Below, one piece after another: positions 47,109 to 61,759 of a DNA stretch of 64,000 nt (its first letter is position 1; each line of letters starts with the position of its first letter). The position numbers and the translations under genes are program-made. The stretch is taken from NCBI RefSeq assembly GCF_009914755.1, contig NC_060940.1, one strand, 5' to 3'. Below the pieces are notes generated by a model. That model searched no databases and was not told the DNA's origin. It worked only from the letters and a program-made list of their open reading frames with translations. Source of the stretch: the human T2T-CHM13v2.0 reference genome, Homo sapiens.

Positions 47109-47417
47109 GGCAGGGCGCAGTGGCTCACGCCTGTAATCCCAGCACTTTGGGAGGCCAGGTCTGGCGGATCACGAGGTCAGGAGATCCAGACCATCCTGGC
47201 GAACATGGTGAAACCCCGTCTCTACTAAAAGTACAAAAAAAAAAAAAAAAAGTTAGCCTGGTGTGGTTCGGACGCCTGTAGTCCCAGCTACTCGGGAGGC
47301 AGGAGAAAGGCGTGAAACCGGGAGGCCGAGCTTGCAGTGAGCTGAGATCGCGCCACCGCACTCCAGCCTGGGCGATACAGCGAGACTCTGTCTCAAAAAA
47401 AAAAAAAAAAAAAAAAA
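47109..47417 (+). mobile_element. AluY
   Basis: Y diagnostics 'ggagatccagaccatcctgg' and 'gagcttgcagtgag'; TSD gtagacaa. Confidence 0.95.
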
Positions 47418-48194
47418 GTAGACAAAAAACCTACAAACAGACACACCCAACTGTTAAGACCTCTCAGGTTGGGATTAGAAAGGTATGAAGAAAGGATTTT
47501 AACATCTTGTCTTGCCTAATCCCAAAAAGAAAAAAAAATAGGTGATAAGATTAAAAATGAATCAAATAAATCAGATGCAACCAATTATATCATGGAACCA
47601 GTTATGTCAGTCCATCTCTTTGAATTAAAATTAAAGGAAAAAAGATGGAGGGTTCTGACAGTTATCTCTCTAATCGAGACAGCCCTCTCCCTCTCTCTGT
47701 CCCCTTACAGAGAAAGTGAATTTGGGAGCTTCGGTCAAACATCCCTTGTCTTTCGTCAAATTAGTGCCTAATGTCATCATTTTGGTGGCTTTCAAAGGTG
47801 TGAACCAGCAAACGGGTGACAGTGAGAGGAAGGAACAAGCATGTGAACAAATGCGTGAACCACAGTCAGTCTCTGAATGGAAATCCATGTGTCTTATGAA
47901 AATCAGTTATTGTTGAAAGCCATTTGCAAAGCTTCCACGATCCTCGCTTGGCTGGTGCACGGCTGTGAGTGCTTCTTTCCAAGTCTCCTGTGGGTGACGG
48001 GGAATGGCTAACCAGGGATTGTGTTCACAGGCATATCGATTCCAAGTCTGATCACAGCCACAAATTTCTTTCCCAGGTTAGTAAGAAGAAATCAACACTT
48101 TACTTTCTTGGATCATATGTTTTTAAACATTAGTACTGAGGAAATAAAGAAAGGGAGAGAGGAAGAAAAAAGAAGTACAAGAAAGAATACACTG

Positions 48195-48544
<350 letters not shown>

Positions 48545-50319
48545 TTAAAGTGCATACAATTAAAACACATAGAAGAGGAACCTTGGCTAGAATTACAGAG
48601 CTTGATCAAGTCTCATCCATGGTTGACACTGTTTGTTGGATGATTTGGACATTTGGAGCCTCTCTATGTGGGGAGAGTTTTCTTTATCCCTTTCAAATCG
48701 GTATGCCATCTCTACATACCTGAATTATTATAAAGGTAACAAGGTTATAAGCTCCCCCATGCCTGCCAGGATGCACTGCTTTGCTGTGACTGAGCCACAC
48801 TAGGTGCTAAACTTTTCTGCACTAATGCAATCAAATTAGAAGTTAAATCTGATACTGTAACAAGTTACCACCTGGGAACAGAAATGCTTTGCTGTTTTAT
48901 TTTTTCTTCCTAGCATTGTGAAATGAACATGGCATGTGGCACATTTTAATTACAGCAAATATTAATTTTTAATGGGAAATGTACACCTGGCTTTGTATTG
49001 TTCATAAATTATCTGAGAGGTTGAAATTTATTTACGTGATTTTGATGCAGTTGTAATTAAAGTGAAGAAACTAATAGCCTTCTGTAATTGAAGGCACATT
49101 AATCTGAAAGCTACCTGAGGGCAGGGATTCTGTGTTAACCGTGTTGTATACTCAATTTAGTAAAATACGAGTCTTGGGATTAGTGGTCTTGTATGCGATG
49201 TGCTACACATTTTCCAGATATTTCTAGGGTATCTGAGCTTTAGAAAAGTGATAATATGATCTAGTACTGTAGGTAATTATGTGCTAAGAAAAGAGGATTC
49301 TATCACATTATCTGGCATTGCTTTTTTAGTTTTGTAATGGAGTAATTGATTAGTACTACTGCATTTTAGCAAGGTATTTTGCTCCTATACCTAGTGGATG
49401 ATGTTTAAGTTAACTCTATTTGTGTGTCCCTGAGAAAGAGAACCGAGGCAGGCGCTCGGGGAATGGAACAGGGACAAAGAAACCAACCAAATAACACTAG
49501 GTATCAGTTTTCAGCTGCATGTAAACTCAACTTATTTTTTAATGATTTTATTAGGAAGCTTTCTACATTCTATTTTGTAATGCATTTCCCTGAGGGAACT
49601 TTAGACCTTGCAGGCCTGTTTGCAATTCCTGTCAGATTAGGGGGGAAAGAAAGAGAACAGAATGATGGAAATTTCACACGTTATTCAGTGTTTTAAAAAT
49701 CCAGTTTCTTGGCCTGACAGTTTCTTAAATCTGTAGACCTTGATGTTTTAATCTTATGCATTCTGATGGAGCTTGATATTCATAACTGGTGGGCTTGGTA
49801 AATTTTTAATCAGGAAGTTGAATATGATGAGAAAACACAAGGGGAGGTTTGTGTTTTGCACCTTGTCATCAAGCTTTCCAGTTTCATTTTCACTTTTTGC
49901 ACTAAGAGTATTCCTCAGAGGTGTCAGAGCTGCCCAAAGCTGACTTCCATCCATATTGAAATGACTTTTTCTGAGCTTTCCAAAATTCCAATTTCAGTGC
50001 AGGTGGTAATATCTGAATGTGAGCAGCAGAATAAATAGCAGTTTAAAACTCATATAAATATACATTTATGCTCCATGTGTGAACTCATAAGGTGTGGGAT
50101 AAATCTTGTCATTTCAACATAAACGGAATAACAAATAGATTGAAAGTGGGATGCACTGTTGCGAAAACATGATCTGGATGCGCAGTGCGATTAAACAGTG
50201 ATGGCTTCATGAGAATCGAATTTCAAAGATCACACAATCAATTAAAACAATTCAGTCTCCCTGGTCATTTTTGTCAATAAATTAAAACATTAATTTCATC
50301 CCAAGAATGTTTTTCAGTG

Positions 50320-50790
50320 TTTTTTATTGTACAAAATAACAAACACATGCAAAAGTAGAGAATAGTAACATGAATCCTCATGTACCCATCCCCAGATTCG
50401 ATAATTAAAACTCATAGCCAATCATGTTTAATCTATATCCCCACTTGTTTTCTCCACATTCCTGAATTGTTTTAAAGCCAAGGCCAGACATCACACATTT
50501 TATCCATAAATGTTTCAGTATGTATCTCTAAATATAATTACACCCAATCCTTCAACATTAACATTGATTCCCTAAGATGATTAATATCTGATCGCTGTTC
50601 AGATTTTCCCAGTTATCTTACATATTTATAAAGTTTCCTTGAACTGAAATCCAAACGAGGACTATAGAATGCAATTAGTTAATATGGCTAGAGTTCCTTA
50701 GTCTATAAAGAGTAAAGAACTTTCCATTCATATTTTACTCTCTTTTTTCTTAGAATTCTTAAATTAAAGAAACTAGATTGTCTTTCTGAG
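50320..50790 (-). mobile_element. L1MC4/5-like 3' end
   Basis: 'aaaagtagagaatagt...atgaatcctcatgtacccatc...ttcagtatgtatctctaa'. Confidence 0.7.
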
Positions 50791-51745
50791 TCTTTTGTGA
50801 AAAATATGATTGTGAATTTTCTTGTTTATCGCACACAATAAATCCACCTTATAAATTATTGATTGAACCAATAAAACCTATCAAAACAATTTAATTGAAT
50901 ACACATACACCACACACTCTAGTTTTTTTTTTATTTTTAATTTTTATGGTTATGGAAGAGTTGTACATATTTATGGGGACATTTTTATAAAAGCATACAA
51001 TGTGTAATGATCAAATCAAGGTAATTGAAGTAGCCTAACTTTAAATATTTATCATTTTGTTGTTTTGCAAACATTCCAAAACTACTACTCTAGTTATTTT
51101 GAAATATACAATGCATTATTGTTAACTATAGTTGTCCTATTGTGCTAGTGAATACTGGATCTTATGTCTTTTATCTAATTGTATTTTTGTACCTATGAAT
51201 TTACCTACTTCTAACTCCCCCTTGCTCTCAACTCCCCTTCCTTGCATTTGGTATACATTATTCTACTCTGTATCTCCATGAGATCAATTTTTTTAGCTCC
51301 CGCATTTGTATGAGCACATGCAATATTTGTCTTTCTGTGCCTGGCTTATTTTAGTTGGCATCATGTCCTCCAGTTGTGTCTATGCTGTTTGAAATGACAG
51401 GATGTCATGCTTTTTTGTGGTTGAATAATATTCCATTGTATGTATGTACCACATTTTTTCATTCAGTTCATACATTGGTGGACACTCAGGTTGATTTCAT
51501 AACTTGGCTGTTGTGAAGAGTACTACAATAAACATGGCAGTGCACATATCTCTTCTATACACTAACTTTCTTTCATTTGAATATATACCCAACAGTGAGA
51601 CTGCTAAATCATGTTAGTGTTAGTTTTAGTTTTTTGAAGAACCTCCATACTATTCTCCAGAGTGGCTGTACTAACTTACGTTCCCACCAATAGTATACAA
51701 GGGTTCCCTCTTCTCCATATCCTTACCAGCATTCATTATTGCCTA

Positions 51746-52672
51746 TCTTTATTTATTTATATATATATTTATATATATATTTATATATTTTTATATATTT
51801 TTATATATATTTTTATATATTTATATATATATATATATTTATATATATTTATATATTTATATATTTATATATATTTATATATATTTATATATTTATATAT
51901 ATTTATATATTTATATATATTTATATATTTATATATTTATATATATTTATATATTTATATGTATTTATATATATTTATATATTTATATATTTATATATAT
52001 TTATATATTTATATATATTTATATATATTTATATATTTATATATATTTATATATATTTATATATTTATATATATTTATATATATTTATATATTTATATAT
52101 ATTTATATATATTTATATATTTATATATATTTATATATATTTATATATTTATTTATATTTATATATATTTATATATATTTATATATTTTTATATATTTAT
52201 ATATATTTATATATATATTTATATATTTTTATATATTTATATATATATTTATATATTTTTATATATTTATATATATTTATATATTTATATATATATTTAT
52301 ATATATTTACATATATATTTATATATATATTTATACATATATATATTTATACATATATATATTTATACATATATATTTATACATATTTATATATATTTAT
52401 ACATATTTATATACATATTTATATACATATTTATAGATATATTTATACATATTATATATATTTTTATATATATTTATATATATTTATATATATATTTATA
52501 TATATTTATAGATATATTTATATATACATTTTTATATATATTTATATACATTTTTATATATATTTATATACATTTTATATATTTATATATACATTTATAT
52601 ATATTTATATATACATTTACATATATATTTATATATTTATATATATTTATATATATATTTATATATATATTT
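51746..52672. repeat. ~0.93 kb AT-rich array of (TTTATATA)/(TTTATATATA) units
   Basis: almost only A/T, with scattered C variants (acat) in the distal third. Confidence 0.97.
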
Positions 52673-54007
52673 CTTTTTTGTTTTTTGTTTTTTAGTTGTT
52701 GGTTTCTTTTCTTTCTTTTATATATGTATATATCTATATTGCCTGTTTTTTCAGAGAGCTATTTTAACTGGGGTGAGATATTTCATTACAATTTTGATTT
52801 GCATTTCTCTAATGATTAGTGACGTTGAGCATTTTTCCGCATACCTTTTGGTCATTTGTATGTCTTCTTGAGAATTGTCTATTCAGATGTTTGCTCATTT
52901 TTATTTGGATTATTTGGGTTGGGGTTTTGTACCAAGTTGTTTGAGCTCCTCACATGTTCTGGCAGTTATTCTCTTGTCCGGTGGGTAGTTGGCAAATGTT
53001 TTCTTCCATTTTGTAGGTTGTCTTATCACTTGTTTGTGGTTGCCTTTGCTGTGCAGACACTTTTTAGCTTGATGTGATCCCATTTGACCATTTTTGCTTT
53101 GGTTACCTGTGCATTTGGTGGCTTACTCAAAAAGTATTTACCCACACCCATGTCTGGAAGCATTTCCACAGTGTTTTCTTGTAGTAGCTTCATTGGTCCA
53201 GGTCTTACATTAAATTCTTTAATCCGTTTTGATTTGATTTTTGTAGATGGTGAGGAATAGGGACATAGTGTTTGGTCTTCATTATGTTGATATGATATGT
53301 CACATTTATTGATTTGTCTATGTTGAACCATCCTTTTATCGCAGGAATGATTCCCATTTGATCATGATGAATGATCTTTTTAATATGTTGAATTTGATTC
53401 GGTAGTATTTTGTTGAGGATTTTTGCATTCATGTTCATCAGATATATTAGTCTGAAGTTTTCTTTTTTCGTTGTGTATTTGTCTAGTTTTGGCATTAGGA
53501 TAATCCTGATCCTGTAGAATGAGTTTGGAAGTATTGTCTACTCCTTGATTTTTTAGAATAGTTTGAATAGAATTGGTATTAAGTCTTCCTTAAATATTTG
53601 GTAGAATTCAACAGTGAAGCCATCAAGTCCTGGCCTTTTCTCTGGTGAGAATCTTTTTATTACTTCTTTTATAGCATTACTTATTGATTTATCCATGTTT
53701 ACTATTATTTCATGTTTCAATCTTTGTAGTTTTTTATGTCCAGGAATTTATCCATTTCTTCCAGATTTTCCAAATCGTTGGCCTATAGTTGATAAAAATA
53801 CTCTCTAATTTACCTTTGAATTTCTGTGGTATCTGTTTTAATATTTTCTTAGCTCTGATTTCATATATTTGGACATTCTCTCTTTTTTCTTAGCGTGGCT
53901 AAAGGTTTGTTGATTTCGTTTTTATTTTCCAAAAACAAGTTTTTATTTTGTATTTTCTCTCAATTTCATTTATTTCTGCTCTGATCTTTAGTGTTTCTTT
54001 TCTTTGA

Positions 54008-54361
<354 letters not shown>

Positions 54362-57300
54362 TGATACAGGCATTTATTGTTATAAAGTACCATCTTAGTA
54401 CTGCTTTTGCTGTATCCCATAGGTTTCAGTATGCTGTGTTTCTACTAAATTTCCTTCTTAAATTATTTAATTCATCCAGTAGTTATTCAGGAGCATGTTA
54501 TTTAATTTCCATGTATTTATATAGTTTCCAGAGTTCCTCTTATTGATCTCTTCATGTTTTCTATTTTTTCATGGTTCAATCTTGGTAGGAATTTTATGTC
54601 CCGGGATTTTTATGTCCAATAAATGCTTATTGATTTCTAGTTTCATTCCATTGTGGTCAGAAAAGATACCTGCTATGATTTGGATTTTTCTGAATTTCTG
54701 AGACTTGTGTTTCGGCCTAACATATGGTCTACCCTGGAGAATATTTTATGTGCCCATGAGAAGAATGTGTATTATTCAGCTATCGAATGAAATGTTTTGT
54801 AAATGTCTATTGATCAATTTGTTCTGTAGCGCACATTAAGTCAGATGTGTCTTTGTTAATTTTCTTTCTAGGTTTTTTGTCCAATGCTGAAAGTGGTATG
54901 TTAACTTAGCATTCCCAACTATCATTGTGCTGGGGTCTGTTTCTCTCTTTATCTCTAATAATATTTGCTTTATATATCTGAGTGATCCAGCATTAGGTTT
55001 ATATATATTTACAGTTCTTATATCCTGTTGCTGAGTTGACTTCTTTATCATTATATAATGACCTTCTTTGTCTCTTTTTACAGATTTTGTCTTGAAATAT
55101 ATTTTATCTGGTATAAGTACAGCTCTTTATGTTCTTTTTTGGTTTTCATTTGCATGGCATATCTTTTTCTGTTCTTTCATTTTCAGTCTGTGTGTTTTCG
55201 TAGGTAAAAATGAGTTCCTTATAGGCAGCATATAGTTGGGTCTTTTTAAAAAAAAATTTATTCAGCTAGTCTGCCTTTTATTTGGAGAATGAAGTCCGTT
55301 TACACTCATTGTTATTATTGATAGGTGAGGACTTACTACCGCCATTTAGTTGTTTTTTGTTGTTGTTGTCATTTTGTTAGTTCTCTCTTCCTTTTTTTTT
55401 TTCTTCTTGTCTTCCTTTCTATATAAGCAATTTTCTGGTAATGTTTTAATTTCTGTCTTTTAATTTTTTTGTGTCCCTGTTAAAGGTTTTTGCTTTGTAG
55501 TTACCATGAAGCTTGCAAAAAAAAAAAAAAAAATCTTATAACCAATTATTTTAAATTGATTAAAGCTTAACTCTGGTCACAAAGAAAAAACATTAAAAAG
55601 GAGAAAACTAAATTCTACGCTTTATCTCCATCTCCTGCAGTCTGACTTTTTGCTATCTCTGTCTTTTTTACTGTCTTTCAACAAATTGTTGTAGTTATTA
55701 TTATTTTTCATAGGTTTGTCTTTTAGTCTTCGTACTAAAGATATGAGGGCTTTACATACAATTATAATATTAGAATATTCTGTATTTATTTGTGTGCTTG
55801 CTTTTACCAAGGAGCTTTAGACCTTCAGGTAATTTCTTGCTGCACATTTGTACCCCTGTCTTTCATATTGAAGAACTCCCTTCAGCATTCCTTATAAGAC
55901 AGATCTAGTGTTGATGAATTACCTCAGGTTTTGTTTGTCTGAGAAAGTCTTTACTTCTCCATGTTTGAAGCATAACTATGCTGAATATAATGTTCTAGCT
56001 TTGAAAGTCTTTTTGTTCAGCACTTTAAATATGTCATCCCACTCCCTCATGGCCTATAAGGTTTCTGCTGAGAAGTCTGCTGACAAACATTTGGACTTCT
56101 TTATATTTTCTTTGCTTATTTTCTCCTGCTACTCTTAGGGTCCTCTTTTTGTCCTTAACCTTTGAGAATTTGATTATTGTATACCTCTGGGTTTCATCTG
56201 CTTGGTGTTGCTTGACTTTCTTGTACCTGGATATTCACTGGGTTTGAAAAGTTGTCTGTTATTTTTTTGAATAAACTTTCTATCCCAATCTCTTTCTCTA
56301 CTTCTTCTTCAGGGCCAGTGACTCTTAGATTTGCCGTTTTTAGGTTATTTTCTAAATATTACAGGCATCTTTTGTTCTTTTTTAGCTTCTTTTTTTCTCT
56401 ACAGACTGTATTTTCAAATAGCCTCTCTTTGAGCTCACTGATTCTTTCTTCTGCTTCACCAATTTTGCTGTTGAGACACTCTGATGCATTTTTCAGTTGT
56501 TGATTGCATTCTTCAGCTCTGCAATTTCTGTTTGATTTTTTTGTTATTATAATCTCTTTGCTAGATTTATCTGATAGAATTCCAAATTCCTCTTCTATGT
56601 TATCTCCAAGTTTGTTGAGTTTTCTCAAGACAACCATTTTGAATTGCCTGTCTGAGAGGTCACATATCTCTGTATCTCTAGGATTGATCACTGATACTTT
56701 ATTTAGTCCATTTGGTGAGGTCGTGTTTTCCTAGATGTTCTCCTTGCATGAGGGCATTTGTTAATGTCTGATTTTTTTTTTTTATAAAGGTGCTTTATTG
56801 TGTGGATAGTTGTTCAATTTGGTGTTCCTGTGGTCGGGGGTTGTGGGGAAGTAAATCCCTGGAATTTTCTATTTAGCCATCTTGTTCCACCTCATATATT
56901 TCATTGTTTTAAGAAAAATGAGTAGAAGTTGAAAGAGTTGTATAAGAGCTAAGTGAAGGTCGGCTGGAGTTATTGTCACCAAGCACTCTTCTAAGTTGCT
57001 TGAAAAATAGCACAAGCAGTGTTTCTTAACTGCTCATATAGGGGATCTTTCTTCCTTGGGTAAACTCATGGTTGGCATTGACATTGATTTGTTGCACTTC
57101 TGAGTGAAAAAAAATAGGCATTTAACATAAAAGAGATTACTCTTAGGAAATACTGGATGTGACTTTAGAAAGTGGTCATGGTTCCTTCCAAAAATATTCA
57201 TTATTAAATATAGTGTTATATTTCATTTCTGAACAAAGAGATCTACGAGATCTGGTCTGCTCTGGAGAAAAAAAATGACAAAGGAGAGAATTTGAGGGAA

Positions 57301-57699
57301 TCTCCCAGTCCGTTCGTAACTAACATAAGAGTTTATGCAAAACAAGAATTATTCTAAACACCATGGATGGTGGGCCATAAACCATCTCATTTATCCAGAC
57401 ATCTCTGTGGTTCAGCAAATTTCCCAGTTGCCCTGTGTATAGAGCTTTTAGGGAGTGGAGTTATTGTTGCTAAGGAGAGGTCACTGTTTCTAGGCTGGGC
57501 AAAACTGCATTGATCCTTAGGAAGAATCTAGACTAGACAATTGGCAATAAAAGCCATTTGCATCTGGGCAACACCTTTCCATCCTACCTTCCCCAAAGCA
57601 CACTCAGCAGTAGTTCCTCTTACCACTTAAATAAAAACTTCAACATGTGGGGACAAGTTTTCCATTAAATAAGCTATTTTTCCTTTGTTTTCAACTGCA

Positions 57700-57960
57700 C
57701 AATAACCATCAGAAACACTTACCTAATATTTATTTCCACGTTCCATGTACCATGTTCCATGTGAGCATGTTACAGCCACTGTCCAGTTTAATATCATATG
57801 AATATGAAATACCAATTCCACTATTGTTATCATCATTTTCCAGATGAGGATACCAAACAAATGCAGGAAACAATGAGAGCATGATGAGAACTTACTTTAG
57901 AATACAGAGCTAGAATTAGACTCAAAGTCCATTAGACTCTAAAACTGATGCTGCTCCTCA
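57700..57960 (-). mobile_element. MIR
   Basis: 'ctattgttatcatcattttccagatgaggatac...gagctagaattagactc...gactctaaaac'. Confidence 0.65.
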
Positions 57961-60016
57961 GGCTCCGCTTAGCATTTACAAAAAATGGCACTGTGACTGA
58001 GGAACCTTGTGTACATGCATGTGACTTCCCAGGTGGCACTTACCAACAGACCATCCTTCCAAATAGCTGCTCCTTAAACACCCCATCTTGAGCTTAGAGA
58101 CACACACAAATGGTAGTGTCTGCACTGGGGAGGATGTACCTGGGGCAGAAGCCTGTTCAGGGCCTGGAGTGGGCTTTGTCACTTTGGCAAAAGTCTGCAT
58201 GACTTTGGGTCCCCCTAAATGAATGGAGTTCGGGGGCCAGGCGAAGATTCCCATGACCCTGTTGACTCCTCATTCCTTGGGGAGGGGTGTGTCAGAAGAG
58301 GGTCAGAACTGGACCCTCACAAGTATGGGCCTGGCCAGGAGACGGGGCTTTTTGGCTCTGAGATCTCTTAACCACTTGTTATAATTCCTCCCACATTACA
58401 AAGGCCCACAATGTACCCCCACAATGAGGAGAGTCCCTGTTGTCCCAGACAGCATTATTCTTCTTGTACCTTTGGGCTTCATGCATCATTTTTCAGGAGG
58501 TAGATCAAGTGGAAGAAACATTTTTACAGGGAAAAAGCAGAAAAATAACAACAAAGAGCTGTGTAGCCCCTTAAAAGACTGTAGCTGTGAACATTTCAGA
58601 CAGAGTTCAGAGATCCTGGAAAGGAAACAGTAAGCCAAAAAACCTCTCCAAAAATTAATAATAAGGACAAAGCTGGTTCCCCTGATCCGTATGAAGGGGA
58701 TGAGGAGAATGGATGGTGCTCTGTGCGCATTTAGAGGTCAAGTAGGTCAACAAAGTTCTGTTTTCCCTGAATGGGGACCCTAGCACTACGGTGCTCCCAT
58801 CTAGCTCTTTCCTTAAACAGTTGGAAATGAGATACTTAAAGAAACTCCACCCAATGGAAGTGGACATGAGGTCACATCGAGGGTCATGGTCACAATTGAC
58901 TAAAAGGGTAGGGAATTGATTTGAGGATAGCATATTTCAGACCAGAAGGAAGAGAATTGCTTAGCCGGCAGGCTTTTTTACTTTTAAAAAAAAAAGGCTT
59001 ATTGACTCTTAGGGACCTTATCTGAAAGTGTCATGACCATGTCTCCCTCTGCACAGGTCACCCATCTCACTAAAAACTTCCTGCTTTGGGGTTCAGGTTG
59101 GAATGTCAGAAATACATTAGTTGATTTGAATTTTGAATACGTGAAAAGAAAGCATCCCTCATAGAATGTACCTTCACCGAAATGCAATGATTTCCTGCCC
59201 CAATTGAGTGCTCTCCAAGAAACGTTGATGAAACATTTATCAGATGTGTGGAGTGAAGGTCGTATGTGGCACGCTTGGACAGAAATAAGCTGGATAAAGC
59301 AGGCAGCATTCTCTATGCAGTTCCCTAACTGATCGGCCCGTTCTAGGCAGCATAATCTTAAGAGCAAAAGCCAGGTTGGTCCTGCCATGTTCGTGTATTC
59401 ATCAATAACAGCACATAAAGAAGTTCTTTCAACTTAGGATTTTATGCAGAAACGGTGAAATGATTAACATCAGAAATAGCAACAATGCCGTGTGTTTTCC
59501 AAAATTATTTTATTTTTCTCCTGGTTATACAGTTAGAGTGTGAATTGGAGTCTCCCTGTGGTTAAGTTGAAGTTGTGTGACTGTATGCTGGGCAATAGAA
59601 ATTGGGTGTAAACTATATTAATTTGTGTCAATTCCAGATTTAGCCGTAAATCACCTGTGACACCCTTCACAGTCTCTGTTCTCCATCCACTGTGACCTTG
59701 GAGGCCAGGTTTTGAAGACGCGTTATTACAAGATGAAAGAGATTGCATCCCTGAGTGATTCATGATCGTAGCATTCCATTGATTACTCTAAACCAAGCTG
59801 CAAATGAGCACAGAGCTTCTGCTGGCTTAATCCCCAAAACCTGGAGTTGTAAAGGACTTAGTCTTCCTCCATAATACAACTTAATCCACGTCTACTGAAA
59901 TAGAAGTATATTTATATTCTATAAAGTTAACATAAGCGTAACTCGATACTATAGAGAGAAGTTTTAATATTAATAGCCAATCTGTCCTTACTAAACAGCT
60001 GGTGAAAGGCCAATGA

Positions 60017-60320
<304 letters not shown>

Positions 60321-60490
60321 GCCAATGAGGTCTGCTGCATCATACCTGTTCTGATTTGAATAGGATGTCCCTTTTCCAAAATTCCCCAGCATCTGCAGAG
60401 TATTTTATTCAGGTTCAACACAAGCTGGTGAGGCATGTAACTACCTTGTAACTAGTTTCATAATAATTATTATCGTCTCTCTGAAAATAG

Positions 60491-60851
<361 letters not shown>

Positions 60852-61759
60852 CCCCACTGATTTTTCTGAGGATGCCTCTGTGATGTCATACGATGTGCCA
60901 ATTTCCATCTTATGTCCTAAAATGGCATCGCCTCACTTCTGAGAAATACTGTCACTCTGTAGCTAACTCTCTGCTCTAAGAAGTCAGCGTCCCCAAGCCA
61001 ACTTCCCGAGTTCCTCCTAGCATTCTCTATTGTTTCCGCCGCACAATGGGACATGTGGTTTTATTCCCTGAAAAGTCACTTCTGGATGGACCCAGTCTGA
61101 AGATGGTTCTCCTGCTGTATAGAAACATGGATGTCGCGAAATTGCCTATTAAACAGGGAAGCTATTAAACAGCCTCCCTGAATTTACCAGATTAGGGTTT
61201 TAGTGAAAAATTACCGCCTGCCCACTGCTTGTGGGTAGAGTGTTCTTCAGAAGAAACATTAAGGTTTAAAGACTGTAAGTCATGAAATGCACGTGACAAG
61301 ATGAATGTCATTGTATCATTTCCCAAGCCGCGATCCCCATGGTTCACCAGAACTTAAATACAGCAGTTGATATTTATAGCCAGTGGTATAAGACCTTGTC
61401 TTCAAGGTGGTGAGTTTCCGCTTTGAGATGTATTCCAGAATGTTACAATGTTAAGGGGTCCTAGGTGTTAATATCAATTTTATAATTTTTAAGACAAAGA
61501 AAGTGAAGCGTGTGGAAGGCGAGAGAAACACTAATGGTGTCAAGTTGGTATTTTAGAGAGAAGCAGTCATTTCATTCTCAGTTATTACCTATGCTGGTTG
61601 TGCAAATTTAAGCAAATTATTGCACTCAATAGGCGCCATTTTCTGTATCCATAGACAGTGGGGACTGTTTGACTCAGTGCTGTGCCCATCTTTGCATAAA
61701 AGGCATTTTTACATTTGTGTGCATTGGTGTGAGTTGTCTGTTTCTTTTGCCCATTTTCA

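Noticed and set aside
51662-52819. 385-aa and 318-aa Ile/Tyr/Phe ORFs
   Set aside because: Translations of the TTTATATA array, which lacks stop codons on this strand.
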